Shown piece after piece: positions 35,398 through 62,644 of a DNA stretch of 64,000 nt. Source of the DNA: the human T2T-CHM13v2.0 reference genome, Homo sapiens; the NCBI RefSeq assembly GCF_009914755.1, contig NC_060942.1; one strand, written 5' to 3'. The notes beneath the pieces were generated by a model. It did no database searches. It worked only from the letters and a program-made list of their open reading frames with translations, and was not told where the DNA came from. Position 1 is the first letter of the stretch. Every line of letters begins with the position of its first letter. Made by a program: the position numbers and the translations under genes.

Positions 35398-36971
35398 CAA
35401 TCTCTTTCTTAATCATACTTTGGCTGCTGTTTTAAATCAAATTCAGTTTGCTGCTTAGAGAAAGTAAAAAGGTGTGAAAGTCTGTTGACAGTACTTTCTG
35501 GGTTCTTACTTTCCTACTCCCTAATGCACTGATGGCTCCAATTTAATTTCTACTATATAATCCATCTCCTTCAGCCTATTCTGCTTTGGGGGCTTTCTAA
35601 TACCACATTTGAACCACATAAACAAGCTGAATTAAGGATGAAGCCACTGCCAAATTCTTAATTTTCAGAAAAGATTAAATTATGCCCCCCCTAGTGAATT
35701 CCTATGGAAGTTCATTAATAATTCATTAATTTCCAGAGCAGTCTTAAATGTCAAGTGTACCACTTAAAAAAAAATCAATGATTTTTCCAAAATCACTAGA
35801 TAAATCTACTCATTTATACAAAATATTTATATCTTTGTATCTTTTCAGAGGATCTAAGCCATGGTTATTATCTGTAATGGTGACATAAACCCAGAATCCA
35901 CAGTTCCCTTGCATCCTTTCCTTTTCACTTCTGACAGGTTGCAGGAAGAATGGAGGCTTTGCCATCAGAAAGACCTGAGTGCTAACATTTTCTTAGCCTT
36001 CTCCTTATCAGTAAAATTAAGTTATCCTTTTATCGCGTGGTATTTATGAGATAAATGAGCTGGTTAAGTGTCTAGCACTTACTATGCTTTACCAATAATT
36101 ATTAGTTCTAGCTCCCTTCTTCATCTTCTCATCTATGACCTGGTCAAACCAAGCTCATATTCTTCCTTCATCTAAACTTTTGCCATTATTTAATTTGGGT
36201 GACCATGCAAAATCCTACACTATGGGTAAAAAAACTCTTTTTCTCTCTCTACTCTCACACTCAATGTAGAATACTTCTACAACTAAATGTGAAGGAGTTT
36301 TCTCCACACATCAAGCAATACTCTAGAGGACACCAACTGGGTACCCTATAATTCAATTTAATTCTAACACTGTCTTATTTGAGTTAAGAGTCAGAATCCA
36401 CAGATCAAGGGCTCAGTCCCACAAGACTACTCCTACTCCCCACTTCAGATGCAAATCACAAGTAGTAAGTTGTTACCCATACTTCTCAACAGGCTATACA
36501 TTCAAGTTCCCACCTTGGGTTCAATTAATTTGATAACCCTTCCATTGGAGAAACTAATAAGATTTACAAGCCAGATTTTAGGCAGAATTATAGTTAGGAC
36601 CTGACCAGGATGCATGCACTGGTGCACTCTGGCCCACTTCCCTATAGCTGCTGAGAGTCACATAGCATGCTGAACCACCTACTCCCTGCTGTTCCTATAG
36701 ACAGAATCTCTGACACCGGACCTTTTAACCTAAGAATTGGTTAAGGTGTTTTCCAGATCCTGAATTCCAGCAAAACAGCTGACACCAAACTGTCTGAAGA
36801 CCCCCACCAAGGAACTAACTCAGCAAAGGAATGTAGTTTCTTCATCTCCCTGTCACCAGACTTTACCTCTCACTTCTCGATTAATCAGCAATCCCCACAC
36901 TTTAGCCCATCACTTGTCCAGAATCCTTAAAATCTTCATCTCCAAACCTCTCGGGAAGGCAGATTTGAAGT

Positions 36972-44342
<7,371 letters not shown>

Positions 44343-44969
44343 AGGTTTCATCTTCTCATTTTGCTGCCCTACAGTTATTGAACTCTTTCTCTGCTGCGGT
44401 TCCCATTGTTTCTGCATATTGCTTGTCGCCTTGCAATGGGCAATAGAACCTGGTAGTCCTTTAACGCTGGGTTTGATTAATTTGCTAAGAAGGATTTACT
44501 GGATTATTATAAAAAATATTGCAGAGGATACAGATGAACAGCCAGATGGAAGAGATGCAGAGGGTAAGGTATTAGGGGGGTGTCTGGATGTCCATGCCCT
44601 CTCTGGGTGTGCCACCCTTTCGGCACCTCCATGTGCTTAGCAACATAGAAGTTTATCAAGTCTGTTGTTCAAGAGTTTTTGTAGAGACTAATCTCCAGCC
44701 CTAGCCTTTCCTGGAGGATGGTGGGGTGAGTCTCAAAGTTCCACCACTCTAATCCTCTGTATTTCTAGTGAGTCGCCCCATTCTGAAGCTACAGAAGCCC
44801 TACCCTAAGTTAGCTCATTAGCATAACCTGTTACGGGGATTGTTATTAATAAAACGTACTCCTATCGCTCAGGAAATTCCCAATGGTTTTAGCAGCTCTG
44901 AGACAAGCATGGGGGAAAAAGACCAAATATATTTCATATTATACTATACCTAGCTTCTTCAGCAATTCA

Positions 44970-46072
44970 TTTCACTGGTCATGCCCTTGGCCTTGAAATC
45001 ATCTGATACTGCTCCACAAGTGAAATTCTGAAAACTACACTATCTCACTTTTAGCTACCAGCCTCCATTCCCTTCTTTTCTCCAGAGCCTAGTACTAGCG
45101 CCTTGCCTGACCCTGTCCTTTTCCTAGTTCAAATCTAACAGTTTCTCCTGGTTTCACGCTGAAATCTTTAACCAGCCTAGATTCTACAGCACATTACTTG
45201 AATTACCACCTTGCCCTTCAGCAAATCCAGTCCTATTATCTGTTTCTTCCACAGCCACATCTCAATAACTAATCACTGCTAACAAAACAACAGAGTAAAA
45301 TAATGCCAGCATACATGATAGTACATCATCATATCTCAGACTGGCTCTGTCTGCTCCGTGACAGTCCATGACAATTTCTGATCAGATTCCTCTCACATTC
45401 TGCTCAGAAACTATTCCATACCTTTCCAAATCTCTTCAAGCCTCATATATAAGCTGACCATATATATGGCATCTAGGTCAGATCATGACTCTCCTCTTTT
45501 TAAAACTTTCCCATTTTTCTTTGAGTAACAGCCGAAGTCCTTAAACTGTAAGACCAGGTCCTAAGTAATCTGTACCCCCTCCACACACCCCTACCCATGA
45601 CGGCATCTCTCTCAGTGTTCTTGCTCACTCTGCTCCAGCCACACTGGGCTTGCAGCTCTGCCCATAGGCTGAAAAGGTGCCTGCTTTAAGACTTTTTGCA
45701 GTTCCCTGTCCTTGGAACAAGTCATTCTCCAGATACCTACATGGCCAACTGCTTCGCCTCCTGGAAGCCTTTGTTCAATTGCCACCTGCTCTGTAAAGCC
45801 TACCTTGACCATCTTATTTAAAACTATAGCACCACTCATTTCTGGCCCCAATATCCCAGTCTTCCTTATCTTGCTCTATTGGTTTCATTTTTCCTACACC
45901 ACTTATCTTCTAACTTCTTATATAATTTACTTATTTATTATGTTTACTACTTATGGTCCCCCAAGAGTAGAGCTTTTTCACTGTTTTTTTCATTGCATCC
46001 CAGGTGCCTAAAACTAAGGCTTGCTGGCACACAGGAGGCACTCAATAAATGTTTGTTGAGGGAATAAATAAT
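44970..46072 (+). mobile_element. L2 fragments including the 3' end
   Basis: ctggcacacaggaggcactcaataaatgtttgttgagggaataaataa. Confidence 0.7.
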
Positions 46073-46184
46073 TAGATGAAACTATTCCCTCCTCCCTTTG
46101 AAAGTGAACCCAAGTTATTGACCCCATTTTCCTTGTATTTTTCTACTGCCATTCTCTTTCCTGTCCCTTCAACTGCTCACTCCA

Positions 46185-47260
<1,076 letters not shown>

Positions 47261-47381
47261 CTACTGGCTTCTTTCCTTCATTGTTGTATAGATACGCCAT
47301 CAAGAAAGTAGGTCTTTATGTGATGTTTGCCCAATTTTTCTTCTTCCTGTTACCAGCGAAGTGTCTTAAAACAACAGCCTT

Positions 47382-47770
<389 letters not shown>

Positions 47771-48738
47771 CTATTAAAATCAGCAAGGAGCTTCTATTGA
47801 TACCTTTTGGGCTTTTCATTCTGTTACACATAATTACCCTCACTACTTGCATCCTACTTGTTCAAAGTCTTTCGGACTTTCCTTTCTATAACTCCAGCTC
47901 CTTTCTTCTGCTTTTCTTATCATGGAGCTTCCTTCCTGGTCTTGGTAATAGACTCCTTTTTCTCTTAAATCTGAATGCAGGCTCTATACATTTTATCTGG
48001 GCAATAACTTTTATATCCATTAGGTGATGAACCCCAATTTATGTTTCCTGTCCAGATTTTTTTCTGACTCTCAGCATCCACCTGGATTGCTCAACATCTT
48101 TTGTATCTGGGACACAAAAGATCCTACATGGTACTCAATGACTACCTCTTCCTCCCACTCCCCAAATATGTGCCTCCTTTGGAGCCCAAGTTGTCCAAGA
48201 CAAAAAGCTGTATCAAATTCAGCCAAGGATCTTCCTATTCCCTTGTACTCAGCAATTTATCAAGTCTCCTAAAATCGGTACTGTGGAGAGTACTGTGCAA
48301 ACTAGAGAAGCTGTGTAAGAATAAAGAGAAATTGGTCAAGAAGATGAAAATGACAAAAAAAAGTTCACAAATACACAGATTCAAAAGAGATCTTAGGTTT
48401 CTAAAACTACAATTAGAAAAATAATGGTGAAAAGACCCCAGACTGCAAAATCAACAGGTTCAATATGTTTAAGGCAAATTAAATTCCTTACATGAACTTG
48501 TTTAAATTATAAGAAAAATATACTATTAAGACACAGGGAAAAACAGCTTGTCTTCATAGACCTAACTATCATGCTGGCCTTAGACTTTTCAGCTTTATTA
48601 CGAACCAGAAAACAACAGAGCAATTAATGCAGAACTTAAAGAGAAAAGCATGTGACCTAAAAATTGTAAGAAAATTCAATTTGACAGTCATGTTAAAGAC
48701 ATTTTCAAATATTTAAAAGCTCCTAAATCCTGCACACA

Positions 48739-49097
48739 TGCTATGATCTGAATATTTGTGTCCCTCCACATAGGAAGTCCTAACCTCCAAATTATGACAT
48801 TAGGAGGTAGGGCTTTCGGGGAGGTGATTAGGTCATGAGGGCAGAGCATTCCTGAATGAGAATAGCGACCTTATAAAAAGAGACTCAAGAGAGCTCATGG
48901 ACCCTCTATCATGCGAGGTTACAGTGAAAAGAGGGCTGTCTGTGAGCCAGCAAGTGGGCCCACACCAAACACCTTTATCTGCCAGTACCTTGCTCTTAGA
49001 CTTTCCTGCCTCCAGAACCATGAAAAATAAATTTCCATTGTTCATGAGCCACCCAGTTTACAGTATTTTGCTACAGCAGCCTGAACGGACTCAGACA
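48739..49097 (+). mobile_element. MaLR LTR (MLT1A-like)
   Basis: tgctatgatctgaat...aataaatttc...ggactcagaca. Confidence 0.8.
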
Positions 49098-50014
49098 CCA
49101 CATATCCTTCCTGAGAAATTCCATCGATAGAAGGACTCAAAACTAAGTACTTCAAAACATGAAAGCTGCAGTATACAAAGACTGATAGCAGTGTGCTAAC
49201 CTGAAAAAGGACAGATAGTGCTTGTGGACTTGGAACAGACAGGTCACCTACTGAAGTAGCTCATTTGCCGCCCTGGCTTTCCTCCAGCCCAGCTCTATCT
49301 TTCGTTGTTACAAACCCCGGAGATGTTAACAGCTAAGATGCTCAGATCCTGAAGGGATGACTTGGAGATACTCTTATCTCTACTTACAAGTTTGAACTAT
49401 ACATCTATAAGAAGGCCTCTTTCCTTACAGCACAACTTTTTTTACCAATAAAAAATTTAACTTTTTTGATGTTAAAACCATTACCTTCTCCTTAAAGCAT
49501 AAATTAACTTTTGCTGTTCTTGCCTAAGTCTAGAATGTATGTTTGTATGTTGATACACAAATTCAACATAACTTAACAACATAACTTACAATTTCCATAC
49601 CTGAGATAAGATTTTATGTTCTGCCACTCTCATCCTTTATGGCCTTTTGTCCAAGTTAGCATGATATATTTCTTCTATTCTTAGTCCTCCTCTTCCTTAC
49701 TACTGATTTAAAATCTCTCAACCTTCAGAGTACTTCTTAAACTAGGTAAAATTCACACCAATACTAAAATCACCCCATGTGTACACATACATAAATAATC
49801 CTGAATACATTTAAACATGTGAATTAACAAAAATATATTTGCAGTTTCTGAAGGTAATGCCTGGTGAGTGAGCACAGACCATCAAACGATGTCTGAGGAC
49901 AGAGGAAGCAGCTCCACCTCTTTCCTATCATCACAGTGAAAGGACAATGATTCCTCTACAGTCATTCCATCTTCCACTGCTTCCGTGATTAGTAGCGGGG
50001 AAGTATGTCACTAT

Positions 50015-50017
<3 letters not shown>

Positions 50018-50059
<42 letters not shown>
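50018..50059. repeat. (CA)n microsatellite (about 21 units), followed by an Alu fragment at 50061-50198 (-)
   Basis: Directly visible. Confidence 0.95.
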
Positions 50060-50063
<4 letters not shown>

Positions 50064-51401
50064 AGAGACAGGGTCTTGCTCTGTCACTTAGGCTGTAGTG
50101 CAGTGGCACAATCATAGCTCATCAAAACCTCTGACACCTGACTCAAGCGATCCTCCTGCCTCTGCCTCTCAGGTAGCATACCACACAGCTCCTGGCCTGA
50201 AATATTTACTAAGCATCTCCCAGTTGCCCAACATTACTCCCGGAAATTTAACTCTTAGTTTTCTCAACTAAATTATAACTCCTCCAGGGGTACGAACCAG
50301 GGGATTTTCTTCTATATCTTCAGAGTACCTAAAATCTACTAACGTAAAACAGTTACAAAAGAACTTAACAGTGGAGCTTTTCACTGACCCCCTACCAAAG
50401 GGTGGACATTACACAGAACTGTAACCCTTTTGGCACCTAGAACAAATTAGTATAATATGTGTTTTCACTGTCTTTAAGTAGTTTACAATCTAGTTATAAA
50501 CGGGTAATTAAATATTCCAAGATAGGAGACATGTCAGACATGAGTTACAAGTTTATAAACATACTATGTATTAGGGGAATAAAGAAAAGGCTAACTGAAC
50601 TACAGTGGTCAGTTGAAGGCTGCAGGATACCTTCGAAAGAAAAACTTCAGAGCATTGGAAAAGAAGATGGAAAGTCATTCTAGGTTAAAGTGGAAATGGT
50701 ACTTGGAAAGGCACAGAGTGTCAATATGTAAAGATGGGCCTTTTCAGGGTAATGAGAAATGAGGCTGGAATTCTAGAGGATTTTTTAATTCCTAAGGAGT
50801 AACTGAAGTTTTGAGCAAGAAAGTGATATGATAAAAGCAGGTTAATATACAGCAAGATGCATAAAGTGAACTCAGTTGCTTCTGAAACTGTATTTTACTT
50901 TATAGAGAAATCTGCTCAAAACAATTATCTGGCTGTTCAGTCTTCTTTGACCTTGGATTTTGTACACAGGAGCCAGTTGAGAACTACAGGAACTTAATTT
51001 AGATCCTGGATTACTGCTTTCTGTATTACATGTAATTTTGCATTCTTTACCATCACCTTATGCATACACCATTAAAGAGCTACAAAAATATGAGTCTGAA
51101 CAGCTGGATAAGAAATAATTCATTATCTTGGGGGATTTAACACCCCATAATTGATTTGGTTATTCTCTTACTCTTAGAAGCTTAGATTGTCCCCAGTTTT
51201 AATGCACTATGAATAGCGTCCTCATGTATAACATTTTTGTCCATATTTTAAGTTCTTCAAGAAATTCCTAGGAGTAGTATTACTAGGTTATTGAAGATAT
51301 ATTGGTTACTGGATATATATATATATGCACATGTCCAATAACCTAGTTATATAATGTACATATATATATAATCTTATACATAAATATTTATTTATTTTTT
51401 C

Positions 51402-51675
51402 AGAGACAGGGTCTTGCTATTTTGCCCAAGCTGGGAGTACAGTGGCTATTCACACGTGTGATCCCACTACTGATCAGATGAAAGTTTTGACCTGCTCAGT
51501 TTCTAGACTGGGCTAGTTCACCTCTCTTTAGGCACTCTGGTGGTCCTCTGCTCCAGGGAGGTCACCATATTGATACCGAACTTAGTGCAGACGCCTGATC
51601 AGCACTGCACACTACAGCCCAGAACTCCTGGGCTCAAGTGATCCTCCCACCTTCCCACTAGCTGAGACTACAGGG
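51402..51675 (-). pseudogene. 7SL (SRP RNA) processed pseudogene (RN7SL family)
   Basis: Alu-domain ends enclose S-domain sequence that Alus lack (gatcccactactgatcag; ggaggtcaccatattgataccgaacttagtgc); T-rich tail remnant; diverged. Confidence 0.92.
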
Positions 51676-52241
51676 GGACATAACTATTTTTAAGATACTT
51701 AATATAATAATTCTTTAGCCCTAATTCTGGTTTGACAGATACGGCCTCAGAATAGTGGAGACAGGATTATATCAAGCACATCTGTGATTGCACTAATACA
51801 TATTCGTCTACATTCCCTGAAAAGTTTAGCATACTCTACTAGAATGACAAACTGGGCAGTCACTTTCATTATACTGTGAGATTCATTATCATGGGTATGT
51901 TACCACCACATAAAGTTGTTCACATTACAACATTTTCCATATTCTGAACTTCAAGATATCACCAAACTTGCACAGAGTTATTACACAACAAAAAATAATT
52001 TGTACTTTCTTAATGGAAAAAAGTATATTTTTAAAAACAGCTCTGATATTTTTAAGTCCTAAGTAGTATCAAACATTATATTCAATCACCTCAACATGAA
52101 TGAATTCCTATTTCCCATTTCGGCTAAATTTCAGATCCTATAATCCCCAACATAAGATGAAAACCTAGTAAAGTAGGTGCTATCCTTGTTTCTACTGTGG
52201 CTCAATGCTTACACAAAAACTTTACCTGAAACAATTTAGAG

Positions 52242-52448
52242 CAGCTCTGTTCAACAGATTTTTCTGAAATGATGAAAATGTTCTATATCTGTGCTGTTCA
52301 ATAAGGTAGCCACTACACACAGCTGCCTACTCAACACCCGAAGTGTAACTAGTGTGACTTAAGTACTAATTTTTCTATTTTAATTTTAATTACTTTAAGT
52401 TACAATACAATAGTAACAAGTGGCTGATGGCTACTGTATTAGACAACA
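52242..52448. mobile_element. MER3-like hAT-Charlie element
   Basis: gatgaaaatgttctatatctgtgctgttcaata...ggctactgtattagaca. Confidence 0.7.
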
Positions 52449-52865
52449 TGGCTTCATAGTATACAGAAAGACTTCCACTTTAAGATTGTCTAGTTACAAA
52501 AAAGAACAATAGATAAAACAGTGTTAACTAAATTACTGGTTAGATAAGGTAATGGAAAGTGTTGGCTGCCTACTAAGCATCCTCTCCCCTCTTCCCTCTT
52601 CAGAGGCCCTGTTCTGCTCAGGTAGCTGTCTACCAGAGCCCCCAGCTCCAATGATGGATCCCGATCAAAAGGACAGGGCTCATAGCATTGTGTGGCTGGC
52701 TGACTGTTATTGGTCCAGGGATGGGCATGTGACTTAGGGGAGTCTAAGGATTTTGAGAACTTACATTCCATGGTTTGGGGACCTAATTCTCTCTCCTAAA
52801 CTGGGGGTGAGCAAGGAAACATATGGATTCTGGGGGTTCCAGCAGCCACTCTGTAACCTTAAAGG

Positions 52866-53230
52866 GACATAGTTTGGCTCTGTGTCCCCACTCAAATCTC
52901 ATCTCAAATTGTAATCCCCACGTGTTAAGCGATGGACCTGGTGGGAGTAATTGGATCAGGGGGCAGTTTCCCCCTTGCTGATCTCATGATAGGGAGTTCT
53001 CACGAGATCTGATGGTTTTAAAAATGGTACTCTCCCCTGTGCCCTCTCCCTGCCTCCTGTTGCTGCCTTGTGAAGAAGGTGCCTGCTTCCCCTTTGCCTT
53101 CCACTATGATTGGAAGTTTCCTGAGGCCTCTCCAGCCATGCTGAACTGTGAGTCAATTAAACCTCTTTTGTTTATAAATTACCCAGTCTCAGGTAGTATT
53201 TTTACAGCAGTGTGAGAATGGACTAACACA
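52866..53230 (+). mobile_element. THE1 (THE1D-like) LTR, inside an older ERVL LTR16/33-like fragment (about 52550-53400)
   Basis: gtttggctctgtgtcccc...caattaaacctctt...ggactaacaca. Confidence 0.82.
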
Positions 53231-53584
53231 GGGAGCCCGCCTAAGGACAAAGCTGACATGGACAAGGCAGAGCGGGAGCTCTGAACTGAGGCACTGGAGT
53301 GTGCTCTGTTTGCGGACTTCTTGTTACTATGTCCCTCTTTATTGTTAATGCCAACTTGAATCCAGTTTCTGTTACTTGCAGCTGAAAGCAGCTTACTGAT
53401 GAAGCAAGGCTGGGGTGGATAGAGAGCATCCAATCCTCTTAAGGCTCTCCAGAATGCAGGAAATACCATCTGCCCTTTCTTACATTATATGTTAATCCCC
53501 CCAAGCAATGTTTACTATATGAAGTCTTTCATACTTGAACTGATAAAGGATCATTTTGAACTAGAGATTAGTGCCCGAGATTAG

Positions 53585-53761
<177 letters not shown>

Positions 53762-54159
53762 TGAACTTCACCATTCACCGCTAACTACAAAGCAGGGTTT
53801 GCAGAATTACTCGAATTCTAAAGCACTTTGGACTTACGTTGGTCAGCTGCATGACAGACTGTGAAAAGAAAGGAAAAATACAGAATGTTTAGAAATCTAC
53901 TATCAAAAGTCTGCCAAAAAAATAAAGTACAGAGAAGTGAATAAGAGGAAGATACATTTTGAATTATGGATTAGAGAGCAAAAAGCATACTCCAGTGAGT
54001 CATTTGGTAACATAAAGGTTAATCAACTTGCATGAAAACTGCAAGGGCCCAATGCACCAGAATGTCAGGTTTAAAAAGCAGTCTAACAGGCTCGAGAAAA
54101 GACTTATGGTATAGTAGACTAAATGGTAGAAAAGATGGAAAGGACTTCATCTTAGCAGA

Positions 54160-54536
54160 CTGGAGACAGAGTTTTCTGCTGGCCTCAAGGAAACAAGGTA
54201 CCGTATGATGAACTGCCTACGGACAGGGCCGCATACGGGGAACAGCCTCTAGTCCCTGAGGGAAGCCACCAGTCAACAGGAAGAAGACAGCGCCCTCACT
54301 CATATAGGCACAAAAGATGAACTCTGCCTACAACCTCAATGAGTTTGCAAACAGATTCTTCCACAGTTGAACCTCCAGATGAGAATGCAGCCTGCTTGAC
54401 ACTTTGAGATGCTAAGCAGCAAACCAGCTAAGATGTGCCCATACTCCTGACCCAGAAAAACTGTGAGACAATAAACCTGTGTTGTTTTAAGTTGCTAAAT
54501 GTGGGGGTAATTTGTTACACAGCAACAGAAAATACA
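54160..54536 (+). mobile_element. MaLR LTR (MLT1E/F-like)
   Basis: ctgtgagacaataaacctgtgttgttttaag...gttacacagcaacagaaaataca. Confidence 0.75.
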
Positions 54537-56354
54537 AGCCTACTCTCCTTAAGAAACCTTCCCACTGCATGAGTAAGGATTATTTTTACCTTCTCAAAGT
54601 CTTTGTTACAGGGACTACAAAAATGGAAGGCCACACAGACCCTGAGTACAACTGTATAAAAGCAGCAACCTTAGGTTTAGTCATAGTTGTCTGCATTAGA
54701 ACTACAGAATGTTAAGAGTTGGAAGGAAACTGAGAGGCCCCTTAGTATCATCCTTTATGTTTACAGATAAAGAATGCAAGGACATGTAATAGTTCATAAC
54801 TTGTTCCTGATCACATAGCTGATTAAAGGCCAAAAAAAAAAGAAAAAAGAACTGCTAATCTAGTGAATTTCCCACATCTTCACAAATTGCTCATATGTAT
54901 AAATTGTGTCTTTTCCCTGAAAATAAAGGATTGAGAGCCAAACTATATAAATTTCATTTCTATCTTCTATCATGAAAATCAGTTTTAACATAAATTTATT
55001 GTTACTAGTTAACTAAAACATGTTTAGCAATAGGAATTTACTTGATGAATAAGGACTATGTTTGTTAAACCAAAAAAAGACATATGAGAAATTATACATA
55101 TATTTTACACCAAGTAAATCGCAATAGAACCTGTTTCAGCTTGGCTTTGGTGAAAAATACTAGTAACCTTCTCTGTGGGGTTAACTAGTTTTGTCAGTGT
55201 TTACTGTATCAAGCATATTTCAGAAAATGTCATTTGATCATCAGAGTACCAGAAGCCATTGTTGCAATAAAGAGCTCTTGTATTCTGGGTCCAATTTTAA
55301 AATATCTTTTTAAAAACTTGCATTTACAGTGATGAAGATGGCAAGAAAAGTAAAATAAAAATTTGCATTTAGAACTTGACATAGGTCTGCTTTATTTTAT
55401 AAAGTGTGCCACACAAATAAAATTTTTCTTAACATTATATATGACATTCATTTGGCAAACACTACATTGCAAACCCATCACTGTTTATCTAATTCCTCTA
55501 ATTTTAAGAAATGAGTCAAATTACAATGCAGCTTACTAATCAGCTCAAACTAGAACAAGAATTGCAGTATTTCAGATAGCAAGGAAGAGTTACTATAATT
55601 CATGCTTACGTTAAAAATCAAGAAATCCAAATAAAATACCACGTTTAATTCAATTTATCACGTCCAAGAAGTTACAAAGGCAATGTAGAAGAAGTAAGTA
55701 AAAATGGGGAAGCCCTAATTTTTAAGTCTGCCTTGAAAACAATTTTTTCTTATCAATGAGACTTTCTAATAGGACTCATCTTGCCATTGGCACCCACAAA
55801 ATCTAACCACCCACCTCCACTTCTCCGGAAGGATCCCTTCCTAATGTCTGATGCCTCTTCCCTCACCTCCATTCTTTGCCCACTGCTGCACATGCTTAAA
55901 GCCCAGCCACCCTTTCACCCACAGAGGTCATAGACCACTGCTACTATGGTTAATTCTCAGAAGTAATAAACTCAGAACCTGAAAGCACATAATGCCTACA
56001 AGACTGTTCACTATTTCAAACTTCTGCTCTGGTTTACATGAATTAAAAAAAAAAAAATCACTCTATTTTTTCTGCTGTACCAAGGCAAAAAAATTCTACA
56101 ATCACATTTAAAGGCATGGACTAATGACTTCACAAGACATTGCAGTAGCAGTTTCAGTTGTGTTAAGAGAAGCTAAAAATTAGCAGGTTCTGTGCTAAGC
56201 ACTGTATCATCTCATTTATTCTATAAAATCGCTCCATGAGGAAATCAAAACACAAAGTTTGGCCACTTACTCAAGGATGACATGCTTAGTAAATATAACA
56301 TAACCAGGATTTGAACACATGCCATCTGCTTGTGCTCTTAACTGCTGAAATATT

Positions 56355-59636
<3,282 letters not shown>

Positions 59637-60084
59637 AATCAGTCAGGGCTCTACAGAGATACAGAACTGATAGGAAAAAATATATAGATGTAGATAAAAA
59701 CATAAATATCTTCATCTACATATAGACAGATACAGAGATATTGGTATTTTAAGGAACTGGCTCACACAACTGTAGGGGATAGCAACTTCAAAATGTGTAG
59801 GGTAGATCTACAGACAGGAAACTTAGGCAGGAATTGATGCTGCAGTCTTGAGGAAAATACTGTCTTCTTCAGGACACTTCAGTTTTGGCTTTTTTAGCCT
59901 TCAATTGATTGAATGAGGTCCACCCACATTATTTAGGGTAATATCCTTTAGTTTAGGTCAACTGATTATAGATGTTAACCACGTCTTCAGAATACCATCA
60001 TAGCATCAACCAAACTAGTATCTGATTAAATAACTAGGTATTATAGCCTAGCTAAGCTGACATAATAAAACTAATCATCACACA
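59637..60084 (-). mobile_element. MLT2 (D-like) ERVL 5' LTR
   Basis: Minus strand TGTGTGATGATTAGTTTT...; adjoins the ERVL internal start. Confidence 0.78.
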
Positions 60085-60604
60085 CAGTATTACTCAACAA
60101 AATCTTATTTTCAACTGAAGGAAAAACCTTTTAAACAATAATATTTTATTTGTTCCAGAAAGACAATGAAATTTCAGTAGGAACACTTTCCTGAGTGGAA
60201 CAGAGGAAAAGTCCTTCATCCAAAACTATTTGGAGGAACAAAGCTTCCATGAACCACCTCTCTTCACAGAACACTATCTTAGGAAACTATAACATTGTTT
60301 CTACATTTTTAAAACAATCTCTATGTTTCAAAAATATGATCTTCAACTCTACAACAGAAATCACACTTTAAAATTATACCTCTGAGAGAAGTACTCTCAC
60401 TTTCTTACAAATGGGTTGAAATAAATCCTGCAGGTCCTTTCCTTGTCTTGGTGGAGCTCACATTCCAGCAAGATAACATCCTTATCTAACTATTTTCTCT
60501 CGGGACATCATAACCCAGGCATTAAGAAGTATCAAAACACTTTCTGAAAAATCTACTATTTGCTAGGCAACGTCCAGTTCTGAGCATGATCTTCTAGCCA
60601 GCAC

Positions 60605-60832
60605 TGTTTCATTATTAGCAGAGTCTGGTCAATCAGCCAGACTGCCTGGGTCCAAATCTTGATCCCACTACTTAACAAGCTGCATGATCTTGGCCAAGTT
60701 ACTTAACCCTCATCTGTAAAACAAACACTCATAACTATACCACTGGGTTCGGTTAGAATTAAACGAGTGCAAATGAATAAAGCACTAACCTTGGCACCTA
60801 AAAGGTACTCGAGTATTAGCTATTATTATTTT
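60605..60832 (+). mobile_element. MIR
   Basis: ccagactgcctgggtccaaatc...ctcatctgtaaa...tattagctattattatt. Confidence 0.75.
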
Positions 60833-61084
60833 AATGTCCAGAAAACCAGAGATTACTCAGGCAATAATGAGGGAAAAATAACACCAATGGTAACTTTAAA
60901 ATCATTTTTATCTGGCTCATTTACTTACATTAACTGCTTTCAAGAATCCTTCCCCTCTATTCTCAAATGAATTTACACAACTTCTAGTTAAGTTTTATAA
61001 AAACTGAAAAATGTAATCTCTATATATCCCATCATCGTGGAGTTTTCATAAACACATAGTTAAGAGGCTTTTAATCTAATAACT

Positions 61085-61385
<301 letters not shown>

Positions 61386-62644
61386 GTTTAAAAACATTAA
61401 AACATGTTTTTAAAAGTCAAAATTACACTCATTTTCTGTAAAATTACAACAGCAATTATCTCAAGAAACTTAAGCATCAGGAACAGGGAATGTAATTGCC
61501 TGGTTCTAATGCTTGTATATGCCTATAATGCATTCGATCTGTAAGACCTACACTTTTGCAGTTGTCAATATTCATGTAATGAGATTAATTCTCAACTTAC
61601 CTCATTTCATATAATAACAAATACAAGCAGTCATCAGAAATTGATGGGTCATCCTTATTTGTGAAAAATAGGCCTCATTCTTGGTTCAAAGTTTGTAACC
61701 TCAAATGGGCTAATGCCCACAATTTAGAAGTGATTAGATTGGAAAGCACGACGCTGCAAATGCTGCCTTCCCCAAAGCCAGGTCTATTCATTAATATACC
61801 TGTGCCTACTGACAAGAAGGAAGGCTGGTAAAGCACATTTTCAAAGCTGTTTTAAATGGATCAATTTTGGTAAAGAGTAATTCAAGACGGATTGTAAATC
61901 TGATCAGTTTTACAACCTTGGAAGGTGGGGACTTGACGCACGACGTTAATATGCACACGCTTCAATAATCTATCCACAGGTAGTTTTGACACTGATCTCA
62001 GGTTGAAAGTCCTCAACTATGGAGCTTTCGAGTTTCAGTACAGTAGGCGCTTTCACTCCCCAGTAGAAATCTGGGGTGATGGCCAAAAAAAGTGTGTTGT
62101 CTCCCCCAAACCACACCATGCCAAGTTCAGCCAACGCAGACCAATGCATCCTTAGGTATTTGTCAAGAAGAGGTATAGGCGGTCCCTTTTCTCAGAATCT
62201 AACAGGTAAGAATGGCCTCTTGTGGCTTCCCAAACACGGCGGTAAGGACCAGTCTGCCAGTCCCTAATAAGAAATTACTAATTTTAAAAACCATTCCGAA
62301 CGCGGGCGCTTCCGGGCCCCTCTTCAACTGGCTTCGGAAGAAGGGGGGAGAACACGGTGAAGGGTTACAGCAAAGGAGGCTGAAAAACAGTCCCAAAGCA
62401 AGATTTGCCAGGACACTGGCTCGACCCGGAAGGGCGGGGGGACCTCTCTCGGCCGCCGGGGTCTGTGGGGTCGGCGAGTGTGGACGACCCGTCTGGCAGT
62501 CGTACACTGCCACAGCCCGAAGAGCGGCGCACGCGGAGCAGTTGCCGGGTTCGCGCCGCGAGTCAGCTCCCGGACACACGCCCAGGGTTGAAGGTGCCCT
62601 CTAGACCCCTCCCGCTGCCCCACAGAGGCCTGGGCCCATGCTAC

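Noticed and set aside
51402-51675. Functional SRP RNA gene
   Set aside because: Diverged, 5'-truncated and has a retroposition tail.
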